Of a DNA stretch of 64,000 nt, positions 11,601-19,241 are shown piece after piece (position 1 is the first letter of the stretch; every line of letters begins with the position of its first letter). Below the pieces are notes generated by a model. It ran no database searches. It was not told the origin of the DNA and saw only the letters and a program-made list of their open reading frames with translations. The DNA is taken from assembly GCA_963708135.1 (NCBI GenBank), contig OY970192.1, forward strand, positions 2,816,001 to 2,880,000, in the 5' to 3' direction. Position numbers and translations under genes: made by a program. The stretch comes from an uncultured Gemmatimonadales bacterium (GTDB lineage: Bacteria; Gemmatimonadota; Gemmatimonadetes; Longimicrobiales; RSA9).

Positions 11601-11930
11601 GCAAGGGCGCCCGCCCTGGCCGGCGCGGCCCGTGCCCTGGTCGAGAGCCAGGCAGTCATCGAGGAGGCGCTCTACCAGATCCGGAACCGGGCCGTGGAGG
11701 ATCCCCTCAACTTCCCGATCCGGCTCGACAACCGCCTGGCCGCCCTGCGGCGCAGCCTCGAGACGGGGAACGCCCGTCCGACCGACGCGCAGGTGCGGGT
11801 GTACAGCGAGCTCGAGCGCGAGCTCCAGGGCCATATCCGGGACCTCGACGCCACCCTGTCGAAGCAGCTCGCCACCGTGAACCGGGAGCTGCGGGGCCGG
11901 GGGCTCGGTGCTCTCCCGATCGAGCGCTAG
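8628..11930 (+). CDS. Secreted BNR/VPS10-type beta-propeller protein ('glycosyl hydrolase') with C-terminal helical domain
   Basis: Signal peptide, WRGIGPNRGGR, many (S/T)xDGGxTW Asp-box repeats and THGRGF. GAGGAG RBS. Confidence 0.88.
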   Translation: MSMRRPAVLLLAAAIAPALCVPAPGRAQQSGARRLDYGSLQAPAALDSALLAGLSWRGIGPNRGGRSLAVAGSAQRPDEYYFGATGGGLWKTTDGGTTWKPMTDGQVTSSSVGAVAVAPSDPDGVYIGMGEAALRGSITQGDGIYRTRDGGKTWVHLGLEGTQTIARIRVSPADPDLVYVAALGHPYGPNPERGVFRSRDGGGTWQKVLFVSDSAGAVDLAMAPGDPKTLYASIWQVYRTPWKLWDGGPHSGLWKTTDGGDHWTELTGRPGLPAGPIGRIGVTVSGGDPSRVWAIVEAPAGGLFRSDDAGATWTMVNAERKIRQRAFYFSDIYGDPVDRNTVYAGNVSFFRSRDGGVTFKRVDTPHGDYHALWIAPNDPERMINGSDGGGAITVNGGKSWTGLAIPTAQFYHVSTTSDFPYHVCGSQQDNSTACVPSDDWENLHEPGTGAGSWMYAVAGGESGYVTPSLKHPGVFYAGTQGAIMTRYDRSSGQVRDIQPDPRFFSGEPASALRERWQWTFPIVIDPIDSTSLYIASQHVWRTRDEGQSWQKVSPDLTYAEPQTLGPTGGPITMDMNGPEIYATVFAIAPSYIEEGTIWAGSDDGRVHITRDGGAHWSETTPPDMEKFTRVSIIDASRHDAGTAYLAANRYQMDDRGSYLWKTHDYGKSWTRIGQGIRGPTRVIREDPVRPGLLYVGTEHGVWISPDDGAHWQPLRPARADTAAGGLPDTPVRDLVVQGRDLVLGTHGRGFYVMDDIGPLRQTGASVAAEAVHLYRPADAVRRTLGSGSGAGSAVLQYRLAAPADSVTIQILDGAGKVVRTFAGPTPEAKPDSTAESDEARRPPAPTAKAGLNRFAWDLRYAPATKFPGMVIWNGTTQGPLAPPGPFEARLSVDGHSQTQPFRVLVDPRLEGVTAADLQAEFALASQIRDATDLAHRAVIQIRSLRRQLLERLAKVTGSDSLLAADTTAGQGGAGESWVTREEADAAIQAARARAPALAGAARALVESQAVIEEALYQIRNRAVEDPLNFPIRLDNRLAALRRSLETGNARPTDAQVRVYSELERELQGHIRDLDATLSKQLATVNRELRGRGLGALPIER

Positions 11931-11968
11931 AGCCGGGAGCGGGCTTCAACATCCTCCAGCGGACTTCT

Positions 11969-13120
11969 TCAACCGGATGCTCGGAAAGGGGGACGCTCGA
12001 GCGGCGGGAGGACGCTGAGCCGGCGCGCGTCGAGATCGGCCTCCGGCGCGGGGAAGTACTTCCGCTTCCACCACAGCGCCACGGTCACCAGCGCGATGAG
12101 CACCGGCACCTCCACCAGCGGGCCGATCACGGCGGCGAACGCCGCCCCGTGGGCGATGCCGAACGTCCCCACGGCCACCGCGATGGCCAGCTCGAAGTTG
12201 TTCGACGCGGCCGTGAAGGACAGCGTCGCCGTCCGGGGGTAGCTCGCCCCCAGCGCCCGGCTCGTGAAGAACGTGACGGCGAACATGACCAGGAAGTAGA
12301 TCAGCAGCGGGACCGCCACCAGCACCACCTGCGACGGCTGCTCCAGGATCGCCTGCCCCTGGATCGAAAACATCACCACGATGGTGAACAGCAGCGCCAC
12401 CAGGGTGACGGGGCTGATCTTGGGGATGAACCGCTCGTGATACCACGCCTTCCCCTTCGCCTTCACGAGGACGAAGCGGGTCAGCATTCCGGCGAGGAAC
12501 GGGATGCCGAGGTAGATGAGCACGCTCTCGGCGATCTGCCCCATGCTGATGTCCACCACCGTGCCCTCGAGGCCCAGCCACCGCGGCACGACGGTGATGA
12601 AGACCCACGCGTAGACCGAGTAGAACAGGACCTGGAAGATCGAGTTGAAGGCGACGAGCCCCGCCGCGTACTCGTTGTCGCCCTCCGCCAGCTCGTTCCA
12701 GACGATCACCATGGCAATGCAGCGGGCCAGCCCGATCAGGATGAGACCCACCATGAGCTGCGGGTGGTTGCGCAGGAACAGGACGGCCAGCCCGAACATG
12801 AGCAGCGGCCCCACGACCCAGTTCTGGACCAGCGACAGCCCGAGCACCTTCCAGTCCCGGAACACGTCGCCCAGCTCCTCGTAGCGCACCTTCGCCAGCG
12901 GCGGGTACATCATCAGGATCAGCCCGATGGCGATCGGGATGGACGTGGTCCCCACCTGCGTCGCATCGTTGATGGCCGTGACCGATTCGGGCCACAGGTA
13001 ACCCAGCCCCACGCCGGCCGCCATGGCCAGGCCGATCCACGCCGTCAGGTACCGATCGAGGAACGACATCCGCCGCCCCACGCTCCGCTGCTCCGTCGTG
13101 TGCCCCGCTCCCTGGTCCAT
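11969..13120 (-). CDS. acr3: Arsenite efflux transporter Acr3
   Basis: [36 protein letters not shown] and GPLVEVP signatures. Confidence 0.95.
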   Translation of the reverse strand: MDQGAGHTTEQRSVGRRMSFLDRYLTAWIGLAMAAGVGLGYLWPESVTAINDATQVGTTSIPIAIGLILMMYPPLAKVRYEELGDVFRDWKVLGLSLVQNWVVGPLLMFGLAVLFLRNHPQLMVGLILIGLARCIAMVIVWNELAEGDNEYAAGLVAFNSIFQVLFYSVYAWVFITVVPRWLGLEGTVVDISMGQIAESVLIYLGIPFLAGMLTRFVLVKAKGKAWYHERFIPKISPVTLVALLFTIVVMFSIQGQAILEQPSQVVLVAVPLLIYFLVMFAVTFFTSRALGASYPRTATLSFTAASNNFELAIAVAVGTFGIAHGAAFAAVIGPLVEVPVLIALVTVALWWKRKYFPAPEADLDARRLSVLPPLERPPFRASG

Positions 13121-13142
13121 GACTCCCCGCCTTCGGCGCCCG

Positions 13143-13916
13143 TCAGCGGGCGTCCGGCGCGTGCGCCCGTGGCATGCCGCCCGTCTCCAGGTATCCCGCG
13201 AACTCGTCCGGAAGCTCGCTCACCCGGATCGCCTCGGTCGCCCGCCCCAGGTCGTATTCGACGCGGACGAGCTCGATGCCCGCGTCCTCCCCGTCCAGCT
13301 CCGCCAGCACGTAACCCGCGCGCCAGTCGCCATCCTTCGGCCGTCCCACCGACCCCGTGTTGACGAAGTGGATCCCCTCCACCGCCCGGTGCCACGGCTT
13401 GTGCGTGTGGCCGAACGCCACCGCGTCGCCCGCCTTCGCGCCGAGATGCTCCGCCATCTGCAGGCAGAACCTGTCGGAGCGATCCTCCGTCCAGTAGACC
13501 GTGTTCAGCACCGGGTTGCCATGCACGAGGAGGAGCCGCGGGCCGGCGGTGTGGCCGCCCAGCGGCCGGATGTCGATCCGGAACGGCAAGCTTCCCAACC
13601 AGCGCTTCGTCTCGGCCGTCACGTGCGCCCGGGTCCACTCGTAGCTGAGGTGGCTCAGCTCTTCCTGGCGCGGATCCTCGTACCTGCAGCCGCAGTGCTC
13701 GTAGTCGCCGGCCGTCGTCGAGTCGTAGTTCCCGGCGACGCCGGGGATCGCCCGCTCCCGCAGCGCCCCGACCACCTCGTTCGGCCACGGCGCGTACCCC
13801 ACGAGGTCCCCGAGGTGGTAGACGCCCGCCAGCTCCTCGCGGGCCTCGATGTCCGCCAGCACCGCTTCCAGCGCGGGAAGGTTGCCGTGGATGTCGCTGA
13901 TCAGCGCGTACTTCAC
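13143..13916 (-). CDS. Metallophosphoesterase family protein (ars-operon associated)
   Basis: SDIHGN, LGDLVGY, GNYD, HG, FGHTH and NTGSVG motifs, plus HCGC. Confidence 0.9.
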   Translation of the reverse strand: MKYALISDIHGNLPALEAVLADIEAREELAGVYHLGDLVGYAPWPNEVVGALRERAIPGVAGNYDSTTAGDYEHCGCRYEDPRQEELSHLSYEWTRAHVTAETKRWLGSLPFRIDIRPLGGHTAGPRLLLVHGNPVLNTVYWTEDRSDRFCLQMAEHLGAKAGDAVAFGHTHKPWHRAVEGIHFVNTGSVGRPKDGDWRAGYVLAELDGEDAGIELVRVEYDLGRATEAIRVSELPDEFAGYLETGGMPRAHAPDAR

Positions 13917-13917
13917 T

Positions 13918-14745
13918 TCATGCCCCGACCGGTTTCTTCGCCCGCACGAACGCCGACATGAAACGACCCTCCACCGCCTCCGTGAAGCCGTCCAGCTCCA
14001 GCCCCGCCTCCTTCAGGAACGACCGGGCATCCTCGGGCTCGTAGATCCGCGTCGGCTCCATGCTCGGCGCCTCGAAGCCCGCCTCCAGCAGCAGCCGCTC
14101 GAACTCGCGCTCTTCCAGCGCGCCCGCCACGCAGCCCACCCAGAGCTCCATGCTGCGCCGGACCTCCGCCGGCACCTCCCCCCGCACCACTACGTCCGAC
14201 ACCGCGAACCGCCCGCCCGGCCTCAGCACCCGGTAGGCCTCCCGGAGCACCCGCCCCTTGTCCGCCGACAGGTTGATCACGCAGTTGCTGATGATCACGT
14301 CCACGCTCTCGTCGGGAAGCGGGATGTTCTCGATGTCGCCCTCCAGGAACTCCACGTTCTCGGCGCCCGCTTCCGCCGCGTTCCGGCGCGCAAGCTCCAG
14401 CATCTCTTACGTCATGTCGAGCCCGTACGCCTTCCCCGTCGGGCCCACGCGCTTCGCGCTCAGCAGCACGTCGATCCCACCGCCGCTCCCCAGGTCCAGC
14501 ACCACCTCACCCTCCGCGAGCTCCGCCAGGGCCGTCGGGTTCCCGCAACCCAGCGACGCCAGCACCGCCATCTCCGGCAACGACGAGGTCGTGACCGCAT
14601 CGTACAGGTCCCGCGTGATCGGATCCGCGGCGTCCGGACCGCAGCCACACGACGTCCCGCAGCACGTCCCCTTCGATCCCGCCGCCGCCCGGACCGCAGC
14701 CTCCCCGTACTTCTGCTTGACCACCGCCTTCACGTCCGCGCTCAT
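13918..14745 (-). pseudogene. arsM: Arsenite S-adenosylmethionine methyltransferase with an in-frame TAA at 14407-14409
   Basis: N-half ([29 protein letters not shown]) and C-half ([24 protein letters not shown]) share one frame, separated by a single TAA codon. Confidence 0.88.
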
Positions 14746-14758
14746 TCCCCGCCTCCGT

Positions 14759-14816
14759 ATCAATGGCGATTGATGGATCGAAGGGGAGTATACATCAACT
14801 GCCATTGATCCGTCAA
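14759..14816 (-). promoter_or_regulatory. Sigma70-type promoter of the ars operon with two ArsR-like operators
   Basis: TTGACG (14816-14811)-N18-TATACT (14792-14787). ATCAA-N6-TTGAT palindromes at 14759-14774 and 14794-14809. Confidence 0.75.
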
Positions 14817-14881
14817 GGGGTGGGGGCGCCCCCTGGCCGGGGGGGCGTGCCGCCGGGGGGCGGAGGCGGGATCCCGCGCAA

Positions 14882-15349
14882 CTATCCCGCCGGTTCGTCC
14901 GGCGATTCCCCGAGGGCGTGCAGGTCGGCGCGGTCCTTCGGCCGTCCCGTGGCGCGCTTGGTCGCCACGATCTCGCGTCGGCCCAGGAAGGGGACCCTCC
15001 GGTCCCTGACCGACCTCTCAACCCGGCCGCGCCATGCCGTTTCGAAATCCGGAACCCCGGAGAGGCCCGTCAGAAGATCGATGCGTAGAGGTGGGAGACC
15101 GAGCTGAACCACTACGTCAGGGCGAGTCAGGTCCTCTGGCGTGAGCGCAAGACTCTCCAGCGGCGCCCCGAACTCGGCGAGGCTTCGCCAGACGTGCCTC
15201 ACGTTCGAGGGAACCGGATCGATCCAGACGTCCAGGTCCTGCGTCCCTCGCGGAATCCCGTGAACGGCGAGCGCGTGAGCACCTACCACGAGGAATCGCG
15301 CTCCGGAGTCGAGCAGCGCGGCGAGAAAGTCGAACCAGTCGTCGTTCAC
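14882..15349 (-). CDS. Minimal nucleotidyltransferase-fold protein (DUF6036-like)
   Basis: [23 protein letters not shown] and K.ATGRPKD.AD motifs. GTG start overlaps the upstream TGA. Confidence 0.75.
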   Translation of the reverse strand: MNDDWFDFLAALLDSGARFLVVGAHALAVHGIPRGTQDLDVWIDPVPSNVRHVWRSLAEFGAPLESLALTPEDLTRPDVVVQLGLPPLRIDLLTGLSGVPDFETAWRGRVERSVRDRRVPFLGRREIVATKRATGRPKDRADLHALGESPDEPAG

Positions 15350-15564
15350 TGGCCGCGGAACACCCGGACGGGAATCTGCGATCGCTCGTAGGCGGGGAAC
15401 GGCCGCCCCGTCAGCTCCCACATGCGCTTCGACAGGGTCCAGACGAGTGCGAGCCGCTCCTCGGCGGTTGTCGAATCGGCGAGATCGTCCGGCTCCGGCT
15501 CGGCCAGCGGCCGGATCCGGACCGACCAGTCCCGGGCCCGGTTGCGTCGGTCCTCTTCAGCCAT
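15346..15564 (-). CDS. Small hypothetical protein coupled to the nucleotidyltransferase (putative TA partner)
   Basis: 72 aa; GTGA overlap with the downstream gene; TTAEERLALVWTLS helix. Confidence 0.6.
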   Translation of the reverse strand: MAEEDRRNRARDWSVRIRPLAEPEPDDLADSTTAEERLALVWTLSKRMWELTGRPFPAYERSQIPVRVFRGQ

Positions 15565-15573
15565 GCGCGAAAG

Positions 15574-15699
15574 CTAGGACGAACGGCCGCTGGCCACCAG
15601 CCACACGACCGCGGCTATGCCGCCGGCGCCGAGCTCGCGCTCGATCGCGTAGCGGCCCGCGAGGGCGGCGCCGAACCGGGGAGGGATGACGCTCGTCAC
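15574..15699 (-). pseudogene. Remnant of a Ser/Thr kinase N-terminus
   Basis: Translates VTSVIPPRFGAALAGRYAIERELGAGGIAAVV...*. Bases 15617-15666 are identical to 21817-21866. Confidence 0.8.
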
Positions 15700-15776
15700 T
15701 GCTGGCCGCCCATCCGTTACCGTGGAGCTTGGCGAGGTTCAGCGCGCGTTTCGCGTGGCGGGGCCAGCGCGGCGAA

Positions 15777-16166
15777 TCATGCAGGTAGCACCTCGACTTC
15801 GTACAGGTGGAAGGTGCGGTCGGCCGTCAGGATCGGGACGCCCTCCAGTTGCGCCTGCGCGATGAGGAGTCGATCGAACGGATCGCGGTGGAGGGCGGGG
15901 AGCGATGCCACGCGCAGGGCATGCCGGTGATACACCGGGAGCGGCGTGATGCCGGTCCGGGCTATCAGCGGTGGAATGTACACTTCAGGTGGTTGCGGGA
16001 GCTGCAGTTTGCCCAGCGCGTACTTGATCGCGATCTCCCAGCCGCTGGCGGCGGACAGCAGGAGCTCGTTATCGGCCGAGACGACCAGTGGACGGGCCTT
16101 CCTGGACAGCCGTTCGGGCGACGCCAGCATCCAGAGCCAGACCTGCGTGTCGAGCAACAATCTCAC
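15777..16166 (-). CDS. vapC: Type II TA toxin, VapC/PIN family
   Basis: LLLDT, SGWEIAIK, HRDPFDRLL and LTAD. Confidence 0.92.
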   Translation of the reverse strand: MRLLLDTQVWLWMLASPERLSRKARPLVVSADNELLLSAASGWEIAIKYALGKLQLPQPPEVYIPPLIARTGITPLPVYHRHALRVASLPALHRDPFDRLLIAQAQLEGVPILTADRTFHLYEVEVLPA

Positions 16167-16411
16167 GACTCGAATGCCCCGAGCATGTCCGGCGGCAGTG
16201 GGGCATCGAAGTCGTCGGCCACGACCATGCGGCCCTTCTCCGTGCCCAGGGGCCGGGCCTCGTCCGGGCGCGTCAGCGGAATCAACCGGGCCACCGGGAC
16301 CCCCGCCCTCGCGATGACGACGTCCTCACCATCCGCAACGCGCTGGAGCAGCTCGGACAGGTGCGTCTTGGCCTGGTGCACGTTGTAGATGTTCGGTTTG
16401 TGAAGCTTCAT
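16163..16411 (-). CDS. Type II TA antitoxin, Phd/YefM family
   Basis: NVHQAKTHLSELL..V..GEDVVIARAG.PVARL; overlaps the vapC start. Confidence 0.92.
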   Translation of the reverse strand: MKLHKPNIYNVHQAKTHLSELLQRVADGEDVVIARAGVPVARLIPLTRPDEARPLGTEKGRMVVADDFDAPLPPDMLGAFES

Positions 16412-16418
16412 GGGATCG

Positions 16419-16447
16419 ATGTTAGCTAAGGCAATGGACTAAGTCAA
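16419..16447 (-). promoter_or_regulatory. Promoter of the phd-vapC operon, probably leaderless, with palindromic operators
   Basis: TTGACT-N17-TAACAT-N7-ATG. Palindromes TTAGCTAA and GACT-A-AGTC overlap the -10 and -35 boxes. Confidence 0.6.
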
Positions 16448-16459
16448 TGCGAACGCCGC

Positions 16460-19168
16460 TCACCGGCCGTGCCGCAGCCGGGGCGCGACCTCGTCGAACC
16501 AGTGCAGCACCACATCCAGCGCGGGCTGCGCCGGCGGCTTGATGAAGAGGAAATGTCGGTCGTCGGCGGCGATATCGTATGGCGCGTGCAATCGGTCCGT
16601 CACGTAGGGAAGCGCACTGAACAGCGCGCGACGGTTTGCGACCGTGAGCCGTGTGCCGGCGCTCACGTCCACGGCCATGAAGCGCCCGTCCAGGGCGCGG
16701 TAGAAGAGCGCACGCCCGGCGTGTGACCAGAGGGGGCCGGTGCCGCCATCGGTCGAAACCTGCGTGCGGGCGCCGGGGCCGGGAAATGCGGCTACGTACA
16801 CCTCGTCGCGGCCGGTCTCGTTCGAGGTGTACGCCAGCCAGTGACCGTCGGGCGCGAGCGCCGGATTCAGCTCGTCGGCCTGGGTGGCGAGGAAGGTGTG
16901 CGTGGTGGTGTCGGACCCGGGGTGCGAGTACCGCAGGTCGCGGTTGGTACGCGCGTCATCGTACCCATCGCGGTAGACAACCCACGGCGTGCTGGCGACC
17001 CAGCTCACTTCCTGAGCGTGGCGCGGGGAGGAGATGAAGAGCCGGACCGTATCGCGACCGTCCACGGGCTTGAGCCACAATGATCTGACGCCTGTCGCGT
17101 TTCCGCGGTCGGACTGGAACACGATGCCCGAGCCGTCCGGCGACCAGGCGGGGCGATTGTTGACCTGACCCGCCTCGCGCGCGAACGGCGAGAGTGTCTC
17201 GTTCGCGATGTCGTACAGCCAGACGGCGCCCGCTTCATCGGTTTCGCTCAGCGCCACGCGGTCGCCGCGCGGCGACACGGCGATGGCATTGACTGGCCTG
17301 TCTATCGGCGCGCCGAGCGGCGATTCCACTCCGTCGCGCGTCACCCACACGAGCTGCGCGGTGGGCGGAAGCGCGCGCACGTAGGTGAGCGTGCCATCAC
17401 GACCGAGGGCCACCTCGGCCGTCCCCTCACCGGTGTAGACGTTCGTGAGGAGGGGTGCCGCCGCTCCACCTGTGGTGAGGTGTCGCTCGTCGAAAGGAAT
17501 CGCCTGGAGCGTACCGTCGCTGGTCACGAAAAGCAGGTGGCCGTCGCGGACCCCGACTACGTAGGATCCTTTCACGACCTGTCGCGTCTTGCGCGTGCGG
17601 AGATCGACCGCCTCGATGTCCCCCTCGCGTCCGTCGCCGCGATAGATGGAGAACGCGACCGCGGTCCCCCCGGGAAGGAGTCTCGGACTGCGCTGGGCTC
17701 GGAATCCCAGTGGCAGCCTCGACTGCTCGAGTGTAGCGATCCTCTCGGTCGCGCCGCCGGTGGCCCGCACCCGCGCGACGACGAGACTGTCGGTGTCGAT
17801 GAAGTAGACGTAGCCGTCGTCGCCCCAGTCGATCCCGTCGGCCCACGAAGCGGTGTGCGCGATGGGCACGGGGGTCCCGCCGGCGATCGGGATCGTGCGC
17901 ACCTCGTGCGCGCCTGTGGTGTAGGCCAGCGAGGCGCCGTCGGGCGAGAACGACAGTGCCTTCGCCCCGGCGGTGCCGGCGAGGAGCACCGGCTCGGCAC
18001 GGTCCAGGTGGCGAACGTAGATCCCCGCGCGGTCGGACGCGCTCCGGTCCGTGTAGGCGAGGGTCCGGCCGTCGGGCGCGATGGCGAGGATTACCGTCTC
18101 GTCGGCGTGATCCGGCGCCGCAACCGGGATGCTGAACCGCGTGACCTCGCCGTTGCGTGATGCGGCGGCGCGCCGCCAGGCCACCACCGCGGCAACGGCG
18201 AGGATCGCGCATGCGGCGGCAATGCCGGAGGCTATGAGCGCTGCTCGCCGTGCGCGGTGGACGCGTTGGTTCGCCAGAGCTCCGCCCGCGTGCGCGCGAC
18301 GCCCGCCACCGCGGAGCCGCCCGGGTGCGTCGCCCGCGAGTGCCGCCGAGAATTCGTGGGCCGTGCTCCAACGGTCGGCGGGGAGCTTCTGCAGCGCGAT
18401 CGTGACGGCGTCGTCGATCGCTTCCGAGATGCTCTTGCGGTGCGTGCTGGGGATGGGTGGCTCGGCTGTAAGGACCTGCGCCACGATGGCCTGCGCATTC
18501 GGTCCCGTGAACGGCGGCTGTCCGACGAGCATCTCATACGTCACCGCGCCCAGCGCGTAGATGTCGGCGCGCGGGCCCATGTCGCGCTCGCCCATTGCCT
18601 GCTCGGGGGCCATGTACTGCGGCGTGCCGAGCGACAGCCCGGTCTGCGTCATGCGCTGGCCGCCGGCCTGCTCGACCGCCAGGGCAATGCCGAAATCGGC
18701 GACGAGCGCGTGGCCGTTCTGGAGCAGGATGTTCTCGGGCTTGATGTCGCGGTGGACCACACCCCGCTCGTGGGCGTACGCGAGCGCGTCCGCCGCTTCG
18801 GTCGCGATCCGCACCGCATCGCCGACCGGCAGCTGGCGCTCCCGCTCCAGTCGCGTCCGCAGCGTCTCGCCCTCGACGAACGGCATCACGTAGTAGAGGA
18901 GGCCGTCCGCGCTTCCACTGTCGAACAGCGGGAGGATGTGCGGGTGCTGCAGGCTGGCGGTGAGCTCGATCTCCTTGAGGAAGCGCTCGGGGCCGAGGAT
19001 CGCCGAGAGCTCGGGGTGCAGCACCTTGATCGCGACCTGGCGGTGGTGCTTGACGTCCTGGGCGACATAGACCGTGGCCATGCCGCCCGCACCGAGCTCG
19101 CGCTCGAGGTTGTAGCGTCCCTCGAGCGCGGGGCGCAGGCGCGCGAGGCCGTCGGCGGCCACCGTCAT
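16460..19168 (-). CDS. Hanks-type Ser/Thr kinase with TM segment and TolB-like beta-propeller
   Basis: GAGGMATVY, VAIK, HRDIKPEN, DFG and GTPQYMAPE; then a TM helix and SPDG repeats. GGAGG RBS. Confidence 0.93.
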   Translation of the reverse strand: MTVAADGLARLRPALEGRYNLERELGAGGMATVYVAQDVKHHRQVAIKVLHPELSAILGPERFLKEIELTASLQHPHILPLFDSGSADGLLYYVMPFVEGETLRTRLERERQLPVGDAVRIATEAADALAYAHERGVVHRDIKPENILLQNGHALVADFGIALAVEQAGGQRMTQTGLSLGTPQYMAPEQAMGERDMGPRADIYALGAVTYEMLVGQPPFTGPNAQAIVAQVLTAEPPIPSTHRKSISEAIDDAVTIALQKLPADRWSTAHEFSAALAGDAPGRLRGGGRRAHAGGALANQRVHRARRAALIASGIAAACAILAVAAVVAWRRAAASRNGEVTRFSIPVAAPDHADETVILAIAPDGRTLAYTDRSASDRAGIYVRHLDRAEPVLLAGTAGAKALSFSPDGASLAYTTGAHEVRTIPIAGGTPVPIAHTASWADGIDWGDDGYVYFIDTDSLVVARVRATGGATERIATLEQSRLPLGFRAQRSPRLLPGGTAVAFSIYRGDGREGDIEAVDLRTRKTRQVVKGSYVVGVRDGHLLFVTSDGTLQAIPFDERHLTTGGAAAPLLTNVYTGEGTAEVALGRDGTLTYVRALPPTAQLVWVTRDGVESPLGAPIDRPVNAIAVSPRGDRVALSETDEAGAVWLYDIANETLSPFAREAGQVNNRPAWSPDGSGIVFQSDRGNATGVRSLWLKPVDGRDTVRLFISSPRHAQEVSWVASTPWVVYRDGYDDARTNRDLRYSHPGSDTTTHTFLATQADELNPALAPDGHWLAYTSNETGRDEVYVAAFPGPGARTQVSTDGGTGPLWSHAGRALFYRALDGRFMAVDVSAGTRLTVANRRALFSALPYVTDRLHAPYDIAADDRHFLFIKPPAQPALDVVLHWFDEVAPRLRHGR

Positions 19169-19241
19169 GCGGGACCTCCGCCGTGCAGGGGAGAGTGCCG
19201 GCGCAGGCCAGCGGGGAGGCGAGCGGAGAGCGGTATGCTCG

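Noticed and set aside
14407..14409. Selenocysteine or pyrrolysine recoding in arsM
   Set aside because: The codon is TAA, not TGA or TAG, and the position is normally acidic rather than Cys.
14759..14809. FNR/CRP boxes
   Set aside because: The orientation and spacing are ATCAA-N6-TTGAT, not TTGAT-N4-ATCAA.
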